The notes beneath the pieces were generated by a model. That model worked only from the letters and a program-made list of their open reading frames with translations. It had not been told where the DNA came from and did no database searches. Made by a program: the position numbers and the translations under genes. Shown piece by piece: positions 14,601 through 29,706 of a stretch of DNA of 64,000 nt; the stretch's first letter is position 1; the number at the start of each line of letters is the position of its first letter. The stretch comes from Eledone cirrhosa. Taxonomy: Eukaryota. The DNA lies in contig OZ024740.1 of the NCBI GenBank assembly GCA_964016885.1, positions 440,572,001-440,636,000 of the forward strand, given 5' to 3'.

Positions 14601-17600
14601 ACAATACAGTATGTACTAATATTACCAATATTAGCTGGTAATGTACAATATACTATGTACTATTATTACCAATAGTATTTGGTAATGTGCAATATATGAT
14701 GTACTAATATTACCAATAGTAGCTGGTAATGTACAATATAGTATGTACTGTTACCAATGCTTGCTGGTAATGAACAATATAATATGTACTAATATTACCA
14801 ATGGTAGCTGGTAATGTACAATATAGTATGTACTAATATTACCAATAGTAGCTGGTAATGTACAATATAGTATTTACTAATATTACCAATAGTAGCTGGA
14901 AATGTACAATATATTATGTACGATTACGAATGGTAGCTGGTAATGTACGATATAATATGTACTGATAATACCAATAGTAGCTGGTAATGTACAATATAAT
15001 ATGTACTAATATTACCAATAGAAGCTGGTAATGTACAATACAGTATGTACTATTAACAATAGTAGCTGGTAATGTACAATATAGTATTTACTAATAATAC
15101 CAATGGTTGCTGGTAATATACAATACAGTATGTATTAGTATTACCAATAGTAGCTAGTAATGTACAATAGAGTATATAATAATATTACCAATAGGAGCTA
15201 CTAATGTACAATATAGTATGTACTGTTACCAATGGTGGCTGGTAATGCACGATATAGTATGTACTAATATTAGCAATGGTAGCTGGTAATGTACAATATA
15301 GTATGTACTAATATTACCAATAGTATCTGGTAATGTACAATATAGTATGTACTGTTACCAATGCTTGCTGGTAATGTACAATATAATATGTACTAATATT
15401 ACCAATGGTAGCTGGTAATGTACAATATAGTATGTAATAATATTAACAATGGTATCTGCTCATGTACAATATAGTATGTACCAATATTAACAATAGTAGC
15501 TGGTAATGTACAATAGAGTAGGTACTGTTGCCAATGGTAGCTTGTAATGTACACTATAGTATGTACTCTTATTACCAATAGTACTTGGTAATGTACAATA
15601 TTATATGTACTATTACGAATGGTAGCTGGTAATGTACAATATAATATGTACTAATATTACCAATGGTAGCTGTTAATGTACAATATACTATGTAATAATA
15701 TTACCAATAGTACCTGGTAATGTACAAAACAGCATGTAATAATATTACCAATAGGAGCTGCTAATGTACAATATAGTATGTAATATTATTACCAATAGTA
15801 GCTGGTAATGTGCAATATATTATGTACTAATATTACCAATAGTAGCTGGTAATGTACAATGCAGTATGTACTATTACCAATGGTAGCTGGTAATGTACAA
15901 TATAGTATGTACTAATATTACAAATAGTAGCTGGTAATGTACAATATAGTATGTACAAATATTACCAATAGTAGCTGGTAATGTACAATATAGTATGTAC
16001 TAATATTACCAATAGTAGCTGGAAATGTACAATATATTATGTACGATTATTACCAATAGTAGCTGGTAATGTAAAATATTGTATAAACTATTACCAATGG
16101 TAGCTGGTAATGTACAATTTAGTATGTACCAATATTACACATAGTAGCTGGTAATGTACAATATAGCAGGTACTATTAACAATAGTAGCTGGTAATGTAC
16201 AATATAGTATTTACTAATAATACCAATGGTTGCTGGTAATATACAATACAGTATGTATTAGTATTACCAATAGTAGCTGGTAATGTACAATAGAGTATAT
16301 AATAATATTACCAATAGGAGCGTCTAATGTACAATATAGTATGTACGGTTACCAATGGTGGCTGGTAATGCACGATATAGTATGTACTAATATTAGTAAT
16401 GGTAGCTGGTAATGTACAATATAGAATGTACTAATATTACCAATGGTAGCTTGTAGTATACAATTTAGTGTGTACAAACATTACCAATATTAGCTGCTAA
16501 TGTACAATATATTATGTACTAATATTTGCAATATTAGCTTGTAATGTACAATATATTATGCACTATTATTACCAGTAGTAACTGGTAATGTACAATATAG
16601 TATGTACTATTACAAATGGTGGCTGGTAATGTACAATATATTATGTACTAATATTAGCAATGGTAGCTGGTAATGTACAATATAGTATCTACTATTATTA
16701 CCAATAGTATCTGGTAATATACAATATAGTATGTACTAATATTACCAATGGTAGCTTGTAATATACAATATAGTATGTACTGACAATACCAATAGTAGCT
16801 GGTAATGTACAATATAGTATGAGACTAAGATTTGCAATAGTAGCTGGTAATGTACAATATAGTATGTACTATTATTACCAATAGTAGCTGGTAATATGCA
16901 ATATATTATGTACTAATATTACCAATAGTAGCTGGTAATGTACAATATAGTATGTACTAATATTACCAATAGTAACTGCGAATGTACAATATAGTATGTA
17001 CTAATATTACCAATAGTCGCTGGTAATGTACAATATAGTATGTACTATTACCAATGGTGGCTGTTAATATACAATATAGTATGTACTAATATTACCAATT
17101 GTAGCGGGTAATATACAATATAGTATGTACTAACATTACCAATAGTAGCTCGTAATGTACAATATAGTATGTACTAATATTTGCAATAGTAGCTGGTGAT
17201 GTATAATATAGTATGTACTAATATTACCAATGGTTGCTGGTAATGTACAATACAGTATGTACTAGTATTACCAATAGTAGCTGGTAATGTACAACAGAGT
17301 ATGTAATAATATTAACAATATTAGCTGGTAATGTACAATATAGTATGTACTAACATTACCAATAGTAGCCGGTAATATACAATATATTATGTACTAATAT
17401 TTGTAATAGTAGCTGGTAATGTACGATATAGTATGTACTAAAATTTGCAATAGTAGCTGGTAATGTACAATATAGTATTTACTAATATTACCAAGAGTAG
17501 CGGGTAATGTACAATATAGTATGTAATAATATTACCAATGGTAGCTGGTAATGTACAATATAGTATGTACTAATATTACCAATAGTAGTTGGTAATGTAC

Positions 17601-20600
17601 AATATAGTATGTACTATTACTAATGGTAGCTGATAATGTACAATATTGTATGTACTAATATTACCAATAGTAGCTGGTAATGTGCATTATAGTATGTACT
17701 ATTATTACCAATATTAGCTGGTAATGTATAATATAGTATGTACTAATATTACCAATGGTTGCTGGTAATGTGCAATAGAGTATGTAATAATATTACCAAT
17801 AGTAGCTGCTATTGTAGAATATAGTATGTACTGTTACCAATGGTGGCTGGTAATGTACAATATAGTATGTATTAATATTTGTAATAGTAGCTGGTAATGT
17901 ACAATATAGTATTTACTAATATTACCAATAGTAGCTGGTAATGTACAATAGAGTATATAATAATATTACCAATAGGAGCTGCTAATGTACAATATAGTAT
18001 GTACTGTTACCAATGGTGGCTGGTAATGCACAATATAGTATGTACTAATATTAGCAATGGTAGCTGGTAATGTACAATATAGTATGTACTAATATTACCA
18101 ATGTTAGCTTGTAATATACAATATAGTATGTACTAACATTACCAATAGTAGCTGGTAATGTACAATATAGTAAGTACTAACATTTGCAATAGTAGCTGGT
18201 AATGTACAATATAGTATGTACTATTATTACAAATAGTAGCTGGTAATGTGCAATATATTATGTACTAATATTACCAATAGTAGCTGGAAATTTGCAATAT
18301 AGTATGTACTATTACCAATGCTTCCTGGTAATGTACAATATAGTATGTACTAATATTACCAATAGTAGCTGGTAATGTACGATATAGTTTGTACTATTAC
18401 CAATGGTGGCTGGTAATATACAATATTGTATGTACTAATATTACCAATGGTAGCTGGAAATGTGCAATATAGTATGTACTATTACCAATGCTTCCTTGTA
18501 ATATACAATATAGTATGTACTAACATTACCAATAGTAGCTGGTAACGTAATAATATTTACTAATATTTGCAATAGTAGCTGGTAATGTATAATATAGTAT
18601 GTACTAATATTATCAATGGTTGCTGGTAATGTACAATAGAGTATGTACTAGTATTACCAATAGTAGCTGGTAATGTACAATATAGTATGTATTAATATTA
18701 CCAATAGTAGCTGGTAATGTAAAATATAGTATGTACTATTACCAATGGTAGCTGGTAATTTACAATATAGTATGTACTAATATTACCAATAGTAGCTGGT
18801 AATATACAATATAGTAGGTACTATTAACAAAGGTAGCTGGTATTGTACAATATAATATTTACTAATATTACCAATAGTAGCTGATAAAGTACAATATAGT
18901 ATGTACTAATATTACCAATAGTAGCTGGTAATGTACAATATAGTATGTACTAATATGATCAATAGTAGCTGGTAATGTACAATATAGTATGTACTACTAC
19001 CAATTGTAGCTGGTAATGTACAATGTAGTATGCACTAATATTACCAATAGTAGCTGGTAATGTACAATATAGTATGTACTAATATTACCAATAGTAGCTG
19101 GTGATGTACAATATTGTATGTACTAATATTACCAATATTAGCTGGTAATATACAATATAGTATGTACTAACATTACCAATAGTAGATTGTATTGTACAAT
19201 AGATTATGTACTAATATTACCAATAGTATCTGGTAATGTACAATACAGTATGCACTAATATTACCAATAGTAGCTGGTAATGTACAATTTTTTATGTATT
19301 ATATTACCAATGGTAGGTGGTAATGTACAATATAGTATGTACTAATATTACCAATGGTATCTGGTAATGTATAATATAGTATGTACTAATATTACCAATG
19401 GTAGCTGGTAATGTACAATATAGTATGTACTATTATTACCAATAGAAGTTGGTAATGTAAAATATAGTATGTACTGTTACCAATGGTGACTGGTAAAGAA
19501 AATACAGTATGTACTAATATTACCAATGGTGTCTGGTAATGTACAATATAGTATGTATTAATATTACCAATAGTATCTGGTAATGTACAATATAGTATGT
19601 ACTAATATTACCAATATTAGCTGGTAATGTACAATATACTATGTAATAATATTACCAATGGTAGCTGCTAATGTACAATATAATATGTACTAATATTACC
19701 AATATTAGCTGGTAATGTACAAAACAGTATGTACAAATATTACCAATGATATCTGGTAATGTACAATACATTATGTACTATTACCAATGGTAGCTGGTAA
19801 TGTAAATATAGTATGTACTAATATTACCAATGGTAGCTGGTAATGAACAATATATTATGTACAACTATTACCAATTGTAGCTGGTAATATATAATATAGC
19901 ATGTAATAATATTACCAATAGTAGCTGGTAATTTACAATATGGTATGTACTTATATTACCAATAGTAGCAGGTAATGTACAATATTATATGTACTAATAT
20001 TACCAACAGTAGTTGGTAAAGCACAACATATTATGTACTATTACCAATAGTATCTCGTAATGTACAATACAGTATGTACTAATATTACCAATAGTAGCTG
20101 GTAATGTACAATATAGCATGTACTATTACCAATATTAGCTGGTAATGTACAATATAGTATGTACTAATATTACCAATGTTAACTGCTAATGTACAATATA
20201 GTATGTACTAATATTACCAATGGTAGCTGGTAATGTACAATATAGTATGTACTATTATTACCAATAGAAGGTGGTAATGTAAAATATAGTATGTACTGTT
20301 ACCAATGGTGACTGGTAAAGAAAAATATAGTATGTACTAATATTACCAATGGTGTCTGGTAATGTACAATGTAGTATATATTATTATTTCCAATGGTAAT
20401 GGTAATGTACACTATAGTATGTACTAATATTACCAATAGTACTGGTAATGTACAATATAGTATGTACTAATATTACCAATGGTAGCTGGTAATGTACAAT
20501 ATGGTATGTACTAATATTACTAGAAGTAGCTGGTAATGTACAATATAGTATGTACTATTATTACCAATAGTTGCTGTTAATGTGCAATATAGTATGTACT

Positions 20601-23600
20601 AATATTACCAATAGTAGCTGGTAATGTACAATATAATATGTACTAATATTACCAATAGAAGCTGGTAATGTACAATACAGTATGTACTATTAACAATAGT
20701 AGCTGGTAATGTACAATATAGTATTTACTAATAATACCAATGGTTGCTGGTAATATACAATACAGTATGTATTAGTATTACCAATAGTAGCTAGTAATGT
20801 ACAATAGAGTATATAATAATATTACCAATAGGAGCTACTAATGTACAATATAGTATGTACTGTTACCAATGGTGGCTGGTAATGCACGATATAGTATGTA
20901 CTAATATTAGCAATGGTAGCTGGTAATGTACAATATAGTATGTACTAATATTACCAATAGTATCTGGTAATGTACAATATAGTATGTACTGTTACCAATG
21001 CTTGCTGGTAATGTACAATATAATATGTACTAATATTACCAATGGTAGCTGGTAATGTACAATATAGTATGTAATAATATTAACAATGGTATCTGCTCAT
21101 GTACAATATAGTATGTACCAATATTAACAATAGTAGCTGGTAATGTACAATAGAGTAGGTACTGTTGCCAATGGTAGCTTGTAATGTACACTATAGTATG
21201 TACTCTTATTACCAATAGTACTTGGTAATGTACAATATTATATGTACTATTACGAATGGTAGCTGGTAATGTACAATATAATATGTACTAATATTACCAA
21301 TGGTAGCTGTTAATGTACAATATACTATGTAATAATATTACCAATAGTACCTGGTAATGTACAAAACAGCATGTAATAATATTACCAATAGGAGCTGCTA
21401 ATGTACAATATAGTATGTAATATTATTACCAATAGTAGCTGGTAATGTGCAATATATTATGTACTAATATTACCAATAGTAGCTGGTAATGTACAATGCA
21501 GTATGTACTATTACCAATGGTAGCTGGTAATGTACAATATAGTATGTACTAATATTACAAATAGTAGCTGGTAATGTACAATATAGTATGTACAAATATT
21601 ACCAATAGTAGCTGGTAATGTACAATATAGTATGTACTAATATTACCAATAGTAGCTGGAAATGTACAATATATTATGTACGATTATTACCAATAGTAGC
21701 TGGTAATGTAAAATATTGTATAAACTATTACCAATGGTAGCTGGTAATGTACAATTTAGTATGTACCAATATTACACATAGTAGCTGGTAATGTACAATA
21801 TAGCAGGTACTATTAACAATAGTAGCTGGTAATGTACAATATAGTATTTACTAATAATACCAATGGTTGCTGGTAATATACAATACAGTATGTATTAGTA
21901 TTACCAATAGTAGCTGGTAATGTACAATAGAGTATATAATAATATTACCAATAGGAGCGTCTAATGTACAATATAGTATGTACGGTTACCAATGGTGGCT
22001 GGTAATGCACGATATAGTATGTACTAATATTAGTAATGGTAGCTGGTAATGTACAATATAGAATGTACTAATATTACCAATGGTAGCTTGTAGTATACAA
22101 TTTAGTGTGTACAAACATTACCAATATTAGCTGCTAATGTACAATATATTATGTACTAATATTTGCAATATTAGCTTGTAATGTACAATATATTATGCAC
22201 TATTATTACCAGTAGTAACTGGTAATGTACAATATAGTATGTACTATTACAAATGGTGGCTGGTAATGTACAATATATTATGTACTAATATTAGCAATGG
22301 TAGCTGGTAATGTACAATATAGTATCTACTATTATTACCAATAGTATCTGGTAATATACAATATAGTATGTACTAATATTACCAATGGTAGCTTGTAATA
22401 TACAATATAGTATGTACTGACAATACCAATAGTAGCTGGTAATGTACAATATAGTATGAGACTAAGATTTGCAATAGTAGCTGGTAATGTACAATATAGT
22501 ATGTACTATTATTACCAATAGTAGCTGGTAATATGCAATATATTATGTACTAATATTACCAATAGTAGCTGGTAATGTACAATATAGTATGTACTAATAT
22601 TACCAATAGTAACTGCGAATGTACAATATAGTATGTACTAATATTACCAATAGTCGCTGGTAATGTACAATATAGTATGTACTATTACCAATGGTGGCTG
22701 TTAATATACAATATAGTATGTACTAATATTACCAATTGTAGCGGGTAATATACAATATAGTATGTACTAACATTACCAATAGTAGCTCGTAATGTACAAT
22801 ATAGTATGTACTAATATTTGCAATAGTAGCTGGTGATGTATAATATAGTATGTACTAATATTACCAATGGTTGCTGGTAATGTACAATACAGTATGTACT
22901 AGTATTACCAATAGTAGCTGGTAATGTACAACAGAGTATGTAATAATATTAACAATATTAGCTGGTAATGTACAATATAGTATGTACTAACATTACCAAT
23001 AGTAGCCGGTAATATACAATATATTATGTACTAATATTTGTAATAGTAGCTGGTAATGTACGATATAGTATGTACTAAAATTTGCAATAGTAGCTGGTAA
23101 TGTACAATATAGTATTTACTAATATTACCAAGAGTAGCGGGTAATGTACAATATAGTATGTAATAATATTACCAATGGTAGCTGGTAATGTACAATATAG
23201 TATGTACTAATATTACCAATAGTAGTTGGTAATGTACAATATAGTATGTACTATTACTAATGGTAGCTGATAATGTACAATATTGTATGTACTAATATTA
23301 CCAATAGTAGCTGGTAATGTGCATTATAGTATGTACTATTATTACCAATATTAGCTGGTAATGTATAATATAGTATGTACTAATATTACCAATGGTTGCT
23401 GGTAATGTGCAATAGAGTATGTAATAATATTACCAATAGTAGCTGCTATTGTAGAATATAGTATGTACTGTTACCAATGGTGGCTGGTAATGTACAATAT
23501 AGTATGTATTAATATTTGTAATAGTAGCTGGTAATGTACAATATAGTATTTACTAATATTACCAATAGTAGCTGGTAATGTACAATAGAGTATATAATAA

Positions 23601-26321
23601 TATTACCAATAGGAGCTGCTAATGTACAATATAGTATGTACTGTTACCAATGGTGGCTGGTAATGCACAATATAGTATGTACTAATATTAGCAATGGTAG
23701 CTGGTAATGTACAATATAGTATGTACTAATATTACCAATGTTAGCTTGTAATATACAATATAGTATGTACTAACATTACCAATAGTAGCTGGTAATGTAC
23801 AATATAGTAAGTACTAACATTTGCAATAGTAGCTGGTAATGTACAATATAGTATGTACTATTATTACAAATAGTAGCTGGTAATGTGCAATATATTATGT
23901 ACTAATATTACCAATAGTAGCTGGAAATTTGCAATATAGTATGTACTATTACCAATGCTTCCTGGTAATGTACAATATAGTATGTACTAATATTACCAAT
24001 AGTAGCTGGTAATGTACGATATAGTTTGTACTATTACCAATGGTGGCTGGTAATATACAATATTGTATGTACTAATATTACCAATGGTAGCTGGAAATGT
24101 GCAATATAGTATGTACTATTACCAATGCTTCCTTGTAATATACAATATAGTATGTACTAACATTACCAATAGTAGCTGGTAACGTAATAATATTTACTAA
24201 TATTTGCAATAGTAGCTGGTAATGTATAATATAGTATGTACTAATATTATCAATGGTTGCTGGTAATGTACAATAGAGTATGTACTAGTATTACCAATAG
24301 TAGCTGGTAATGTACAATATAGTATGTATTAATATTACCAATAGTAGCTGGTAATGTAAAATATAGTATGTACTATTACCAATGGTAGCTGGTAATTTAC
24401 AATATAGTATGTACTAATATTACCAATAGTAGCTGGTAATATACAATATAGTAGGTACTATTAACAAAGGTAGCTGGTATTGTACAATATAATATTTACT
24501 AATATTACCAATAGTAGCTGATAAAGTACAATATAGTATGTACTAATATTACCAATAGTAGCTGGTAATGTACAATATAGTATGTACTAATATGATCAAT
24601 AGTAGCTGGTAATGTACAATATAGTATGTACTACTACCAATTGTAGCTGGTAATGTACAATGTAGTATGCACTAATATTACCAATAGTAGCTGGTAATGT
24701 ACAATATAGTATGTACTAATATTACCAATAGTAGCTGGTGATGTACAATATTGTATGTACTAATATTACCAATATTAGCTGGTAATATACAATATAGTAT
24801 GTACTAACATTACCAATAGTAGATTGTATTGTACAATAGATTATGTACTAATATTACCAATAGTATCTGGTAATGTACAATACAGTATGCACTAATATTA
24901 CCAATAGTAGCTGGTAATGTACAATTTTTTATGTATTATATTACCAATGGTAGGTGGTAATGTACAATATAGTATGTACTAATATTACCAATGGTATCTG
25001 GTAATGTATAATATAGTATGTACTAATATTACCAATGGTAGCTGGTAATGTACAATATAGTATGTACTATTATTACCAATAGAAGTTGGTAATGTAAAAT
25101 ATAGTATGTACTGTTACCAATGGTGACTGGTAAAGAAAATACAGTATGTACTAATATTACCAATGGTGTCTGGTAATGTACAATATAGTATGTATTAATA
25201 TTACCAATAGTATCTGGTAATGTACAATATAGTATGTACTAATATTACCAATATTAGCTGGTAATGTACAATATACTATGTAATAATATTACCAATGGTA
25301 GCTGCTAATGTACAATATAATATGTACTAATATTACCAATATTAGCTGGTAATGTACAAAACAGTATGTACAAATATTACCAATGATATCTGGTAATGTA
25401 CAATACATTATGTACTATTACCAATGGTAGCTGGTAATGTAAATATAGTATGTACTAATATTACCAATGGTAGCTGGTAATGAACAATATATTATGTACA
25501 ACTATTACCAATTGTAGCTGGTAATATATAATATAGCATGTAATAATATTACCAATAGTAGCTGGTAATTTACAATATGGTATGTACTTATATTACCAAT
25601 AGTAGCAGGTAATGTACAATATTATATGTACTAATATTACCAACAGTAGTTGGTAAAGCACAACATATTATGTACTATTACCAATAGTATCTCGTAATGT
25701 ACAATACAGTATGTACTAATATTACCAATAGTAGCTGGTAATGTACAATATAGCATGTACTATTACCAATATTAGCTGGTAATGTACAATATAGTATGTA
25801 CTAATATTACCAATGTTAACTGCTAATGTACAATATAGTATGTACTAATATTACCAATGGTAGCTGGTAATGTACAATATAGTATGTACTATTATTACCA
25901 ATAGAAGGTGGTAATGTAAAATATAGTATGTACTGTTACCAATGGTGACTGGTAAAGAAAAATATAGTATGTACTAATATTACCAATGGTGTCTGGTAAT
26001 GTACAATGTAGTATATATTATTATTTCCAATGGTAATGGTAATGTACACTATAGTATGTACTAATATTACCAATAGTACTGGTAATGTACAATATAGTAT
26101 GTACTAATATTACCAATGGTAGCTGGTAATGTACAATATGGTATGTACTAATATTACTAGAAGTAGCTGGTAATGTACAATATAGTATGTACTATTATTA
26201 CCAATAGTTGCTGTTAATGTGCAATATAGTATGTACTAATATTACCAATAGTAGCTGCTGATGTACAATATAGTATATACTAATATTACCAATAGTAACT
26301 GGTAATGTATAATATAGTATA
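8637..26321. repeat. Tandem satellite, 44-bp unit GGTAATGTACAATATAGTATGTACTAATATTACCAATAGTAGCT (frequent 41-bp variant), about 400 copies
   Basis: Continuous diverged units with no unique spacers; copy number estimated as length divided by unit size. Confidence 0.97.
14969..26257. repeat. Higher-order tandem duplication within the satellite, period 5,637 bp (2 copies)
   Basis: Rare variants recur at the same offset: gagactaag at 16821/22458 and ggagcgtct at 16317/21954. Confidence 0.9.
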
Positions 26322-26323
26322 TC

Positions 26324-26378
26324 TGTTAGAACACGAAAAGTGTGAAACAACAGAATGTTCACTTTTCGTGTTCTAACA
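26324..26378. repeat. 19-bp inverted repeat hairpin at the satellite boundary
   Basis: tgttagaacacgaaaagtg ... cacttttcgtgttctaaca; partial third copy at 26942-26956. Confidence 0.85.
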
Positions 26379-26477
26379 TAACATATATGCCTAACTTCTT
26401 CATAAATTTTCCCGGCATAGCCGTGGTGGTGGTGATCGTATGTCATTGGCTAATTTTCAACCAATCAGAGTAAGTGT

Positions 26478-26508
<31 letters not shown>

Positions 26509-26509
26509 C

Positions 26510-26800
26510 TATTCCCCCTCTCTCTATATATATCTTACGCTTTCGCTTTACACTCCTCCCCTTCATTAACACATTTCCCCCTCTCTATATATCTCTTCCA
26601 CTGTTACTTACGCCTGTTTCTCTCTATCTGTTCCGTCTCTATATATATCTCTCTTACTCTTTCGCTTTGCACTCCTCCCCTTCAATACCATCTCTCCCCC
26701 TCTCTATATATTTGTTACTCTATCGCTGCACGCTCCTCTCCTTCAATATATCAATTACACACGCTTTACACTCCTTTATCCCCAGCGCCCCTATATATAC
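26510..26800. repeat. Degenerate ~60-bp CT-rich minisatellite
   Basis: Recurrent ctctctatatat ... cgcttt(a/g)cactcctccccttca. Confidence 0.6.
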
Positions 26801-27004
26801 ACCCCACCTCCCGCATCTATATTTTAATGTTCCGTTGCACCGTGAATATATGTGTCTATATATATATATACATATATATTGTATATACACATTCATGTAT
26901 TGTATACACACTGGTTTTATGTGTGTATTGTAAATTTGTACTGTTAAAACACGAAACTAACATTCGATTGACACTTTGATTACCTGTACAGGCAATAGTT
27001 ATTA

Positions 27005-27050
27005 GAATGCTGTTGAAGTGTGTATATATTTTTGGGGGACATCCTGTATA
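27005..27050 (-). mobile_element. Possible Tc1/mariner-type terminal repeat remnant
   Basis: Reverse complement TA-CAGGATGTCCCCCAAAA resembles CAGGGTGTCCC ends; no partner end found. Confidence 0.35.
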
Positions 27051-27164
27051 TACACACATTATATATAATACAATATACAGATAAATACACACATATATAT
27101 ATGAGCTTATTTAATTATAAATATTGTGAATTTTTAACTCAGTTCAATTATATATATAAATGGC

Positions 27165-27209
27165 TTCTACAGGACTAGAATTGTTTCATTCGAAAGAAAT
27201 CATCATAAT
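27165..27209 (-). ncRNA. Degenerate HHR, relative of family A (core ATGATGA)
   Basis: rc: att-ATGATGA-tttctttcgaat-GAAA-caattctagtcctg-TA-gaa. Confidence 0.6.
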
Positions 27210-27399
27210 ATTGAGAGGGGGGACTAGATAAAATATTTCAAATCAAATGTGTATAAGTTATAAGTTAAAATGTATAAATAGAGACGATAGTCGAGGTATA
27301 TCTGTTTAGTGGAACAGTAGACGATAGAATTAAATACAGACGAGAATCTCCCTTTAATGAAACAGCAGACGATAGAATTAAGGCAATTTAAATTTTAAG

Positions 27400-27453
27400 C
27401 ATTTGCCTTTCATCGTTACGGGGTCGATAAAATAAAGTACCAGTAATACACTG
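27400..27453 (+). mobile_element. SINE core fragment
   Basis: tttgcctttcatcgttacggggtcgataaaataaagtaccagtaatacactg. Confidence 0.75.
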
Positions 27454-27815
27454 TCACTATAAGTAGACGACTTTCAAATTGAATTGTTGGTTCCATTTCT
27501 TTAGTATTTTCAATTGTAGTTATCTACTTAAAAAGCGTTACACGGTTAGAGACATAATTGGTAAGTTATATCTTCCCTATTAAACCATTGCATTATTTCG
27601 CCTACAATAGAACAAAAATGAAATGTTCTTTAAAGAAACAGGAATATAACTTTATAAAAAAAAAAGTTGCATCCGCTTCTTTTATCATTGATAATTTTTT
27701 CGTTTTAATATTAATTGTTTTTTGTAGTTCTTTATATTAAAAATCTTACTGTAATATTTACTTAAACGAAGGCAGACATCTAAACTTATAGATTAATCTT
27801 GAGCGAAGGACTAGA

Positions 27816-27877
<62 letters not shown>

Positions 27878-27880
<3 letters not shown>

Positions 27881-28130
27881 GAAGAATGATAACATTTCAA
27901 GCAAAGAGTTTAATTAGGTAATGACTTACAAATTTGTTTCAGTATATATTTAATATAATATTAATATATTTTGTAATATTATTAACTAATTATTATAATT
28001 AGCGCTTCAGGCTTTGTCTATATACTGAAACAAATTTGTAAGTCATTACCTAATTAAACTCTTTGCTTGAAATTTTATCACTCTTCGTTTTGAATTTCTC
28101 CTAAGTATTCAATACTCTGTTGAGAAATAC
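27878..28130 (+). mobile_element. PLE-like inverted-repeat remnant (arms ~27878-27949 and ~28019-28089) with HHR 3' half and tail hairpin
   Basis: Arms contain GAAA-caaatttg-TA-agtc; the right arm continues tttctc...ttgagaaa; flanked on the left by (CT)n at 27820-27877. Confidence 0.6.
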
Positions 28131-28178
28131 ATTTTACATAAACAGTCTTTGTACCATTTATACGGTATTAATTACTTA

Positions 28179-28210
<32 letters not shown>

Positions 28211-28294
28211 GCGTATGATTAGAACTGTGTTTATTATTAATATTTTAATGGATTTAATGAAAAATTTTAGGTGTTCATATATATATTCTAAAAA

Positions 28295-28352
28295 TGCGCG
28301 AAATCGTGAATCCGCGATAGTTGAACCGCCAAGTAGCGAGGTATCACTGTAT
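28295..28352 (-). mobile_element. Tigger/pogo-like DNA transposon end
   Basis: rc TA-CAGTGATACCTCGCTACTTGGCGGTTCAACTATCGCGGATTC; single end only. Confidence 0.5.
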
Positions 28353-28377
28353 ATATGTTTAAATATATAGTGTAGCT

Positions 28378-28842
28378 GTGATGTATCTCGCGTGTGAATC
28401 GAGACCTGTCACTGATTTTGGTGTCCCCACTGCCGATGTGAATGAACAACGCTGCACTTGTGAATTGGGTCTTGATGTTGCAGGCAGTTCATATACTTAC
28501 AATGATGCGGTCCCACAAGCTTGTTCACATTCATGTGCTAATAATCTAGATGGGAGTATTAAATTGGATGTGAAAGCAGCTTACCGGATGCGGAATCGGG
28601 AGAAGTTGAGACAAAAACAGGCCGATTATAGAGCTGTGAATTTTGCTAAATTAACACAAAAACAGGCCAAGTATAGATGTTCAAAACGGTATGAGTTGGC
28701 AAACAAGCAGGCCAAGTATAGATCTGCAAATTCAGCTATTATATCTCAAAAGCAAGCCGAGCGTAGAGCTTCTAAACGTACCGAGTTGGCTAAAGAGCAG
28801 ACCAAGTACAGATCTGCAAATATCTTATTGCACAAACAATAA
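28378..28842 (+). other. ORF with five basic 15-aa (45-bp) repeats; probably a transposon protein fragment (Helitron N-terminal-like)
   Basis: KQADYR/KQAKYR/KQAKYR/KQAERR/EQTKYR at 15-residue spacing; no catalytic motif. Confidence 0.35.
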
Positions 28843-29054
28843 TTCTGCACAAATGTTGCTCCATTATTAGATCTAATGTTGCAACGATACAGTTAAATGT
28901 TGTCTGTGTATTTTAAAAAAGATTTGCTTATAATCTTTTCAAATTTCATTACGCCAATGATTCAAGCTCAAATTGACATTATCTAAAAAATTGTACAAAC
29001 AGCGGTGGATTAGCAGTAGTGAACAGATAAATCAGTCAATTTATTAAGATTGAC

Positions 29055-29706
29055 TTGGCATCAATCAGCAAGACCTTCATTAGCTGCTCTCCAGCCATCT
29101 ATTTAAAGCTGTATACATCTATGGTACGAATACACTTGGAGTTCGCGTCATCAGTCTGGAACCTCTATCTTGCTCAGAACATTGACCTCCTGGAAACTGT
29201 TCAAGACATGCAACCAAGCGCATACCCTCCATCAGACACCTACCATACCCTGAATATTTTGCTTCCCTCTGGCAATGGACTTGGTAAACACCCACAAAGT
29301 TATTAACCATCCGACCAACAACAACCCCGAACACCTTTTTGATCTCCATGTGTCTAACACGTGGACATGCCTACAAAGTCAGAAAACAACACAGCTCCCA
29401 TGACTTTAGGAAATATTTCTTCATGCTCAGAGTTGCTGAAGGATGGAACAAACTTCCTGCATCAGTTGTTAGCTGATGACACACTGCATCCTTTAAAACC
29501 ATCATACATTCCGAAATACACCAAAACTACACCTGATGTCCCCCTTCCATACACATGCACATATGTGTATATCATGACTCATGCACTGTTCTTTTTTCAT
29601 GACGTTTTTATATTACCCTATGTATTATATATGCACTTTTGATGAGTTGTAGTGCACCTCAGCATTGTACACAATATTTTCATTATTATTATCATTATTA
29701 TTATTA
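29055..29706 (+). mobile_element. 5'-truncated 3' fragment of the same CR1-group family as 3816-6875
   Basis: SPAIYLKLY...LEFASSVWN..LAQNIDLLETVQ, same 3' UTR, ends in (TTA)n. Confidence 0.9.

Noticed and set aside
8637-26321. CRISPR array (palindromic ~44-bp repeats)
   Set aside because: Units abut with no unique spacers, there are no cas genes, and the context is eukaryotic.
26440-26979. 179-aa ORF as a host gene
   Set aside because: It translates low-complexity CT/TA repeats and has no recognisable domain.
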